A DNA stretch of 63,019 nucleotides, filler included, from Stramenopiles sp. TOSAG23-2 (taxonomy: Eukaryota), in assembly GCA_900128395.1 (NCBI GenBank). It is 8 parts of 8 records of this genome, joined end to end, with 100 filler letters (N's around TTAATTAATTAA, not from the genome) between each part and the next. Parts side by side here need not be neighbours in the genome. Positions count along the whole stretch, not along the records: positions 52,785 to 61,453 come from LT650177.1; positions 61,554 to 63,019 come from LT652843.1; 6 more parts are not named here. One strand, written 5' to 3'. A program made the position numbers and the translations under genes. Shown one piece after another: positions 55,004-63,019 of this stretch (its first letter is position 1; every line of letters starts with the position of its first letter). The notes beneath the pieces were generated by a model, which was given only the letters and a program-made list of their open reading frames with translations, was not told the origin of the DNA and made no database searches.

Positions 55004-56377
55004 TTACATTTTTTTATTATCATCATTATTCATTGTTGCTAATTGTAACAATCTTAATTGAGACAAAACATGGCCATTGTTGGCGTGTTTTTGTTCACGT
55101 TTAAGCATATCATCATGCAATGGTGGAGTATAAGCAACAATTTTAGCTGCTATCTTATATTTTTTATATTTTTTTTTCATTAAATGATCTTCTTCTTTAT
55201 TATCTCTTTCACGAAGTTCCTCTTCTCCTTCTTCTTCACGTGGTGAAACTTCAATTACATCATTTGTTTGTGAAATTTTATTCACAAATGTTGGTAATTT
55301 TAAGTTAAATTTACTAACATATGAATTTCGCAGTTGAATTGTACCGCTCAATTCATTTTCATCATCCTCATCATCATTATCATTATCATTATCATTGCAA
55401 CTACTGAATTTCAATTTATTACTTCTTCTTTCATGTAAATCCGTACTAGATATTGATGGTGCTAACATAACATTTTCCCCATTCCAATTGAAAACTTCAT
55501 CATTATCTGGAGATGACATAGGATACTTTGGCATATTTGCAAAGGATGGAGTAAATCTTGTGTCACGTACACTTACATTTGAATCAGTACGTCCTCTTGT
55601 TAAATATTGAGGTGTCGGTCCTTCATCATCAGGATATGGTGAATTGCATGACATTGGTGATGTTTTTGGCATCAAATCTTCATTTGAACTATTACTATCT
55701 TTTTTTACATTTTCTTTTTGTTCATCATGATGTTGTAGCGAAATACTTTCCTTTAATACAATTCTTTCTTGGGATTTTGCACGATGTATTCTATCTAACC
55801 CAATAGCTTCATACAATTTATTTCTTCCTTTTTGAAGAGGCTTATTATGATTGAAACCATTTGTAATAGAAATATTAGCATGTTTTACAGGGTATATCAA
55901 ATTTGACAATGATGAGGACTTTGTGACTAAGTTCCATTTTTTCGTATTTGTTGTTGTTTTTGTTGTTACATTGTTTTTACATTTCATATTATTTTTCTTT
56001 TTACTATTCTTGTTTTTCATTTGTAACGGCAATAACGTTGGCCTTACACGTTTTTGTGCATATGTATTTTTAATAGCAAGAATATCGTCGTTATTATCAT
56101 TGTCTTGACTATTGCTTTCTCTACTAAACGATGCAGGTGCAGATTGTGTTTTACGCCTTTCATAATCTCTTAAACCCATTGCATCAGCAAGAAATTCTTT
56201 ATGGCTATAAATTAAACCAGTTACTTCAAGGTTCCTAGGTTTTAATATTTTTTCAGTTGTCATTTTGTTTGTTCTTAATAATCTATTTCTTCGATTAATA
56301 ATAATATTATTCTTATGAATTGCAGGTAAATTGCAAAAGTTGCAACTAATCGTATTATTCAATTTATTCGATATCAT
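55004..56377 (-). CDS. Hypothetical low-complexity protein (true start may be internal, MTTEKI)
   Basis: 457-codon ORF with host-like Asn/Asp/Lys tracts. Confidence 0.65.
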   Translation of the reverse strand: MISNKLNNTISCNFCNLPAIHKNNIIINRRNRLLRTNKMTTEKILKPRNLEVTGLIYSHKEFLADAMGLRDYERRKTQSAPASFSRESNSQDNDNNDDILAIKNTYAQKRVRPTLLPLQMKNKNSKKKNNMKCKNNVTTKTTTNTKKWNLVTKSSSLSNLIYPVKHANISITNGFNHNKPLQKGRNKLYEAIGLDRIHRAKSQERIVLKESISLQHHDEQKENVKKDSNSSNEDLMPKTSPMSCNSPYPDDEGPTPQYLTRGRTDSNVSVRDTRFTPSFANMPKYPMSSPDNDEVFNWNGENVMLAPSISSTDLHERRSNKLKFSSCNDNDNDNDDEDDENELSGTIQLRNSYVSKFNLKLPTFVNKISQTNDVIEVSPREEEGEEELRERDNKEEDHLMKKKYKKYKIAAKIVAYTPPLHDDMLKREQKHANNGHVLSQLRLLQLATMNNDDNKKM

Positions 56378-56964
56378 TCACTTCTTATTATTTTTGTTGT
56401 TGTTGTTGTCGTTGTTGTTTTATTTTTTGTATATGTATCTAATGTTTGTTTGTTGCTGGTCATTTATTCTATATGTTTTCAAAATTAAATACCGGAAATA
56501 ATTTCAATAATGGCAAAGTGCAAAGTGGTGATGGATGATGCGTACTTTACGCACAACAACAAAATACCACAGGTACTGTAATTAACAAGTGCACAACATT
56601 AACATTGAAAATTTTTTTGACAAAAGCCAGTGTGTGATTGACATTATTTTATACAGAACATCCCTCCTGTACTGTGTACATGCTAAATGCAAACCAACAA
56701 CTTTTTGTTGTCCTCATTTTCCTCAAATAGTGGGGTTCAAATATGTATACATTTAGTATACTATATATATTTGATAGGTAGATCTTGTAGACATAAATCC
56801 ATAATAAAATCCAAAAATAGAGAGAAAGCTGCTTTTAAAATTAGTCGGAATACCGAATAATACCTGGAATATACCTGTGAATGCGGAGAGTGCGAGCCAT
56901 CACACGGCGGTGAGTTTTTTTAAATAAAAACAGATAAATAAAATCTGTTTGTGTTTAATTTTTT

Positions 56965-57957
56965 TTAATACTCCAATGAATAGAAAGCCATCACTTTATT
57001 ACTATATCGTTTAGACCTTTCTCTTGTTTGTTTGAAACTAATGCGATGTTTTACAAAGAGGTTTTTTACAGGTTTTTTCTTTTGATTTGGTTGCTGTTCT
57101 TGCGTGTTCCTAATTTCATCTTCGTAGTCATCTTCATCCTCTTCACTATATTCTTCTTCTTCAGGTTCAGATAATTCGCTGTTATCATTACTATCAACAG
57201 TGGATTCATTTTGACTATATTCATTATCTTGATCAATAGCAGCTCCTTCTTCAGTATATTCTTGTTCATTAACTTGATCAGAGATATTGCTATTATCTTC
57301 ATCTCCGTCTTCGCTTTTATCGAATACTCTGCTATTATCTTCGTCGTCATCAACAGCAGATTCCTTTTCTCTTTCCTCTCTTCTCCTTTTTTTTGCGTTG
57401 TGCAAATATTGAACTTCATTGGGTTTTAACCCCCTTTTCCTCTCGTTCTGGTCATGTGATAACAGACATACATGATTTATTTTATTTTTGCAATTACAAT
57501 TTTCATGTTCTTTGAGGTACTTGTAAAATTTTTTGCAGCCAATACATGGATCTGTTAAACACTGTAAAGCATCTTTCTTTCTGTTTGGATCTGTTTTATA
57601 ACCATCATTAGGATTTAGCCTATAACACCTAAATTGAAAAGTCCGCCTAAATGGACACTTTGCTCCCGTATAGTGTCCATTGTGTCCGCAACCCCAGCAG
57701 TCTACCCCGTATATTGATGATGTTCTTTCAAATGCTTCACGGTGATTACTATTGCCAATAGGCGTATTAATTTCGTCCACTTCTACACATAATCTGGGAA
57801 AAACTGATAAAACATCATTTGTATTCCTCAACTTAAACGTGCAGTGGAAATCACCAGTTTCTTTAACATGTTTTTCCCAGTTTTGCCTAAGGTTTATGTC
57901 GTATTTGGGATCCATATTGGGAAAATATTCTGAATAATATCCATATTTGTAGCTCAT
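56965..57957 (-). CDS. Zinc-knuckle (CCHC-like) protein with an acidic tail
   Basis: CWGCGHNGHYTGAKC; a second Cys/His cluster CIGC...HENCNC...HVC; NLS-like KKRRR; D/E-rich C-terminal half. Confidence 0.7.
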   Translation of the reverse strand: MSYKYGYYSEYFPNMDPKYDINLRQNWEKHVKETGDFHCTFKLRNTNDVLSVFPRLCVEVDEINTPIGNSNHREAFERTSSIYGVDCWGCGHNGHYTGAKCPFRRTFQFRCYRLNPNDGYKTDPNRKKDALQCLTDPCIGCKKFYKYLKEHENCNCKNKINHVCLLSHDQNERKRGLKPNEVQYLHNAKKRRREEREKESAVDDDEDNSRVFDKSEDGDEDNSNISDQVNEQEYTEEGAAIDQDNEYSQNESTVDSNDNSELSEPEEEEYSEEDEDDYEDEIRNTQEQQPNQKKKPVKNLFVKHRISFKQTRERSKRYSNKVMAFYSLEY

Positions 57958-58569
57958 TTATAATATCTTTAGATGGCTATAATCATTTGGATGAAGGTTA
58001 TAAAATTACTGTATTTGTTCTTGGGATCACAGATTCTACATGTATGTTTTACCATTTGTCTATTATATTTTCGTGATTTTACCAACAAAAACGCGCATGA
58101 AAAACGTTTTTGGTCTTCAAATTTGCTGAGCTAATACTGTGTTACCGAGGAAAAAGTTTAAGTTGAGTTAAAATTGGCATACGATTTTTGATATTATCCT
58201 ATATAAATATATATTTATCGTATACTAAATCTATACTGGTATCCCACGACACACGAACATTAACCTAAACCTGATGGACACCTTCAGAATTACCCGGTGT
58301 TTGCTGGTTTGCCAGTTTGCGTGTTAGCTGGTCTCCACTATAATAATTTCAAATAATAATTGATGAAATAAATAATTGAAATGAATGAAAAAAAACTATT
58401 TCTTCTTCAACAACAAATAAAATACTTACTAATCATTCAAAACAAAAGAACCTTTGAAATAGACACACACATGTAGATATACAAGTTCATATATATCCGG
58501 GATATCAAAAGAAAAGAAAATATATCTATAAAAAAAAAAAAGAAGTAACTCATAATATATTATACAAAC

Positions 58570-59259
58570 ATGAAGTCAGTAAAAGGATTCACTCGAATAT
58601 TATTATTTGTATTAGAACTTTCAATGTTCTTTTTAGTATATTATGCTATGACAAAAGATGTTGGTATTTCAAAAGCATTTACTTGGCATCCTATATTAAT
58701 GACTTTTGGATTTACTGTATGTATGAACGAAGGTTTGATTATGTATTATTTTGGTGATTTAGCAAAAGAATCTAGACATGATACACGTAAAAAACATGGG
58801 GTATTGCAATTATTATCAATATTATCGATTATTGCTGGTTATATAGCTATATTTATTGCTCATGAAGGAAAAAGTCAGTTTGGTGCTGGTGCACCTACCA
58901 TTAAGCAGGTTCATGTATGGCTTGGATATGTCGTTATCTTGCTTACAATATTTCAAGTTATCGTTGGTATTAATAAATATATCACCAAGACAAAGACTGG
59001 TGAATCGATTATGAAATGGCATGGATATTTAGGTTTAGTTGTGTATTTATTAGGACAAACGAATATTGTAATTGCTAGTTCCTTTTGGGGAACAAAATCG
59101 TTCAATAAATCATTGGCTATTATCTTTGTTATTAGTTCAGTTGTGATTTTAATGACAGTACGACATGTATCGATACAATTAAAAATTAAAAATGGTGATA
59201 AAGAAAAATTATTAGATAATGTAGATGTAAGTCAACCAAATTATGGTGGAAGAGTTTGA
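58570..59259 (+). CDS. Cytochrome b561 family transmembrane protein
   Basis: WHPILM, KKHGVLQ, VHVWLG and WHGYLG (four heme-ligand His) within TM helices. Confidence 0.92.
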   Translation: MKSVKGFTRILLFVLELSMFFLVYYAMTKDVGISKAFTWHPILMTFGFTVCMNEGLIMYYFGDLAKESRHDTRKKHGVLQLLSILSIIAGYIAIFIAHEGKSQFGAGAPTIKQVHVWLGYVVILLTIFQVIVGINKYITKTKTGESIMKWHGYLGLVVYLLGQTNIVIASSFWGTKSFNKSLAIIFVISSVVILMTVRHVSIQLKIKNGDKEKLLDNVDVSQPNYGGRV

Positions 59260-59655
59260 GGAAAAAGAAAAAAATATATATATTTTTTTTATAAAAAAAA
59301 ATATTTTAAATGTGTAAAAAATACGAGAGTAAATTTTACAAAGGTGACGCGCTTTTGATAGAGAGAGCATGTTCCGGTATATGATACATGTGTTTTGAGT
59401 TTTTTGTGTTGTGATAATATATATAAAATATATATTAATAGAAAACTATTTAAAATATTTTACACTCTCCTACGAAGTATATATAATATGTTTTTGTATA
59501 ACACCAGGTTTTAGAAATCCTCTTCCCGCCCCTTATACGAACGTTTCGTAAAAATATATTTTTAAAATTTAAAATATGATATTAATATATCTCCATAAAA
59601 TATTTACAATCACTCATGGTGTAATTTGTTTCTCTTTCCATTCACTCTAACAAAT

Positions 59656-60636
59656 TTAAACCAATGGTTCTTGCATACCTTGATGTTTGGTTGGCCACAT
59701 TTTATGTGGTGTATTTCTATTAAGAAATACGCGAATCAAACCAACGACGCCGACTCCAATAATGAAGCATATAGCAAAGTTTGCCCAATGAATAATTTCA
59801 GTTGACAATGGCATGGTACCTACTGGCCAAGATTTTACCGGGTTTGTTTGTTGACGGACAATACCAGCAAGCGCCCAACAACTTACAAATGCATAACATA
59901 CATCTGCACGTGTAATTTGTAAATATGCATTGATGACCATGACAACAGCAATAATCATTACACCGAAATCTGGAGGTGGGATCCATCCATTGTTAAAGCC
60001 AACGACACCAACGTTTAACGTAGTTGCTAAAACCAACCAAGCAGTTTGGAAACCAAATGGTGCATAGGTACATAATTTGCGTTTGATACCTACAATATTA
60101 CCATCGTTGTCTACTTGACTAAACCAATCGACTTGTAAATGTTGATATGCTTTTACGACACAATATAAATATCCAACAATTACAACTTGGCTCAACCACC
60201 ATAATGAGAATGAAAATATGATTAACCATAATCCATTCAATATAAATGCGAATATAACGTATGGTCTTACGTTATTAAATACTTGTAACTCGAACCCACC
60301 TCCGCGTGTGACTGGTAAAGCTTGATATATAGTAAAAAACATTTCAAATAAATAAATGATTCCCCATATACTAAACGTTAGACCATCTGGTGTCAAATAC
60401 GTAGGGTTGTTATCACTTTGCTGACTGTTGTTGTTACAAATTGGTTTTTCACCAATACCACAAATTGCATTTGACAATATATTGAATACTATCATAAATA
60501 CAAATGCTAATACAACTAAAATAGACTCATATCTGTTGTGTCTTGCAAAGCCAAAGATGGTTTTATATTCATATTTTGGATAATCACCATTTTCTTGTAA
60601 TTTAATATTATTTGTCGCTCCGTATGCAGATGCCAT
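59656..60636 (-). CDS. TspO/MBR-related tryptophan-rich multi-pass membrane protein
   Basis: LTPDGLTFSIWGIIY, LNGLWL, AWLVLAT, WALAGI. Confidence 0.8.
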   Translation of the reverse strand: MASAYGATNNIKLQENGDYPKYEYKTIFGFARHNRYESILVVLAFVFMIVFNILSNAICGIGEKPICNNNSQQSDNNPTYLTPDGLTFSIWGIIYLFEMFFTIYQALPVTRGGGFELQVFNNVRPYVIFAFILNGLWLIIFSFSLWWLSQVVIVGYLYCVVKAYQHLQVDWFSQVDNDGNIVGIKRKLCTYAPFGFQTAWLVLATTLNVGVVGFNNGWIPPPDFGVMIIAVVMVINAYLQITRADVCYAFVSCWALAGIVRQQTNPVKSWPVGTMPLSTEIIHWANFAICFIIGVGVVGLIRVFLNRNTPHKMWPTKHQGMQEPLV

Positions 60637-61264
60637 TGTTTTCCTTTTTCTTTTGTTTTTTTCTTGTTTCTTTGTAAATGCAATCTCTCTTTTGCTTTTT
60701 GTTTTTGTTTTCTTGTATATGTTGTATGATACATCACACGTACTTGCATCTGTTTTTATAAATCTATTAATTAAACAAAAATTTTTGTTCTTAGAAGGCC
60801 TATTACTATTACCACACGTGGTATGGTACTAGTATTGAAATACCACGTGATGTCATGACTAATCTACTTCAATATATTTATTTCAGAATTATGGTGTACT
60901 GGTACTATTATAGTACAGTGTCCGTATCAAGTGACCAAAGTTTGAATTAAGGAATTTACAGTAAATAATAAGTACTGGAGGTTTAGGTTAGAGAGGATCC
61001 GAGAGAGTGGAAATGCAATCTCCAATAGCATGCAATAGCACTAGCGGTTCTAACTAGCATTTTGTTCCAGGGTTGGCCCAAGCAGGCACAAACAGTTTTC
61101 CTGAAATTCCAATTTAGTATGGGAATAGCAGTAAAACGTTATAATTTCCTAAAAGTAGTAAATTTACACACATATATATACATTGACATAACATATATAT
61201 TTATACATCTACATATATGTATATTTCCAGAACTTTGAAGTGTTGTACAGGAAGAACCAATTAA

Positions 61265-61341
61265 AACGCCAGGTTCCCACTTAATATATTGTTTTTTAAA
61301 TTATCTCAAAAATATAATCATTTCAGTGGGAACTTGGCGTT
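61265..61341. repeat. Short intergenic inverted repeat (MITE-like/hairpin)
   Basis: aacgccaggttcccactta ... tcagtgggaacttggcgtt, 17/19 complementary. Confidence 0.6.
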
Positions 61342-61902
61342 CTCATGTTGACATACGTTTCACACATATTTTATGTTCATATCTTTTTACAATTTCTTTG
61401 AAAAACTTACCCATAGTAAACGTTAACTAAATGGAAAATATCACATAAAACACNNNNNNNNNNNNNNNNNNNNNNNNNNNNNNNNNNNNNNNNNNNNTTA
61501 ATTAATTAANNNNNNNNNNNNNNNNNNNNNNNNNNNNNNNNNNNNNNNNNNNNTATTTTCATCCAATGCAATGGTATTTATTATACAAGATATATAATAA
61601 TGGTAATACTAATAATACTAAATATATTGATAAGTATTATTATTAATTTCATTAATTCAATATTTTGATTATTGCACTATTGTTGTTGGCATTGCTGGAA
61701 AAATAAATAACTAAATAGATATGCCATTTTACAAAATAAAATCGGATATTTGTATTTTAATAATATCAATAATCGGCATATTTTGATCCAATTTCGTTCC
61801 GCTTGATTTCGTTCCGCTTGAACCCTACTCTTCAACTCTAATATAATGCTATTCCTATGCTAATATTTTCGGTTGGCTCCGATTTAATAATCTGCCGGGC
61901 AT

Positions 61903-63019
61903 GGTTTTGGTGGTTATTTTCCAGCAGCCTTTTTAAAAAAAAAAAAACAATTGCTGGATGATTGCTGGATTGCTGGATTGCCAGAACAGATTACCACCAT
62001 TCAAAAGAAGACGAACATATATTAATATTATACACACAGCACCACGCCACTATTTTTTTTTTCTCAATCCTGTACGTCGTGAAAATATATATTTATTCAT
62101 TAATTAAAAAAATAGTTCCCTAGACTCCTCTATTCCTCCAAAAAGCAAACACGTCTTCTACTAAAAGATACACTCTAGCAACGATTTCCACGAAACGATT
62201 GATTCTTATAAAAAAATTATATTCAACATCATAACCGACTATACTTGTATTTTATACAATTGATACTGACAAAAATAACTATGGCTCGCCATTTCTACTT
62301 TTTATTATTGTGCTTTGCTCTTGTGACTTTTGCTCATGGTGATTGTCTAGCAGATCAAGAGCGGTATGATAAAAACTTCCGTATGTGGGTCATGAAATGT
62401 TTGAAACGAGGGCAGAGGAAAGAGAGGATCCACGCGGAAAAGGTGAAGGTAGTAGTGGAAAATGGTGGTGTAGAAACGACACGTAAAGCAGAAATTTAAG
62501 TTACAGCGCATGTGGATATTTCACATTATATATAAGATTAAGAGACGTACGAGAGAATTATTGTTTTAATTTAAAAGTGTGTTATCCTCGTATGATATAC
62601 CAGGTATACGTAAAAGTGATAGGTACAAAAGTATTTATATTTTATATTTTATATAATAGGCAAACCATACAAAAACCTTAATAGTTTCTTTCAGGTATAG
62701 TACTGTATCTGCCCTAAAAAGATCAGGAGCGTAGCAGGGGGATAGTATTGCGGGAGGTTTTTGGTGGTTATTTTCCAGCCTTTTTTTTTTAAAAAAAAAA
62801 CAACAAAAGATTATTGCCAGCCGGGCCAGGATTGCCTGAATTGCCAGATTGCCAGATTGCTGGATTGCCTGGATTGCCTGGATTGCCAGATTGCCAGATT
62901 GCCAGAACAGATTACACGATTACACAGCCTGGACAGCCAGGACAGCTGGACAGCACCACGCCAGTATTTTTTTTCTCAATCCTGTACGTCGTGAAAATAT
63001 ATATTTATTCATTAATTAA
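61903..63019. repeat. Two diverged direct repeats (61903-62107, 62756-63019) with TTGCTGGA/TTGCCAGA arrays
   Basis: Shared ggttttggtggttattttccagc...cagcaccacgcca...tctcaatcctgtacgtcgtgaaaatatatatttattcattaattaa. Confidence 0.88.
62281..62499 (+). CDS. Small secreted protein
   Basis: ATG at 62281 with a signal peptide MARHFYFLLLCFALVTFAHG; two further Cys residues. Confidence 0.55.
   Translation: MARHFYFLLLCFALVTFAHGDCLADQERYDKNFRMWVMKCLKRGQRKERIHAEKVKVVVENGGVETTRKAEI

Noticed and set aside
1-63019. rRNA/tRNA genes or an alternative genetic code
   Set aside because: None recognised by eye. Conserved proteins translate fully with the standard code and end at TAA, TAG or TGA.

Overview
This is not one locus. 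It is eight unrelated contigs joined by an artificial 100-nt spacer (N44-TTAATTAATTAA-N44): 1-8744, 8845-17548, 17649-26346, 26447-35137, 35238-43914, 44015-52684, 52785-61453 and 61554-end. The six complete ones are about 8.7 kb, in descending length order. Seven come from an AT-rich, intron-poor eukaryote that uses the standard code. It has GT-AG introns with CTAAC branch points, PTS1, xDEL and CaaX signals, and a SHIPPO-repeat gene, which suggests a flagellated protist; I cannot place the lineage. Contig 2 is a gene-dense, intronless giant-virus (Nucleocytoviricota) fragment. It encodes a TSP1 membrane protein, metacaspase, a fibre-like protein, PCNA, a P8-like/DUF5761 protein, a kinase and a DUF5759-like protein. 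Exact 55-bp end overlaps suggest a k=55 assembly, probably of amplified single-cell DNA, with chimeric joins. Main highlights: (1) three homologous phase-2 spliceosomal introns (2597-2723, 3090-3172, 42693-42775) in two unrelated genes on different contigs, which looks like an introner family; (2) a bacterial-type tyrosine recombinase next to a head-to-head palindrome of two paralogous LRR C-terminal coding cassettes and a possible recombinase core site; (3) the giant-virus contig; (4) a >1500-aa protein built from an unrecognised HxxC...C repeat, plus several unusual domain architectures. All family assignments come from motif recognition by eye, not from database searches.
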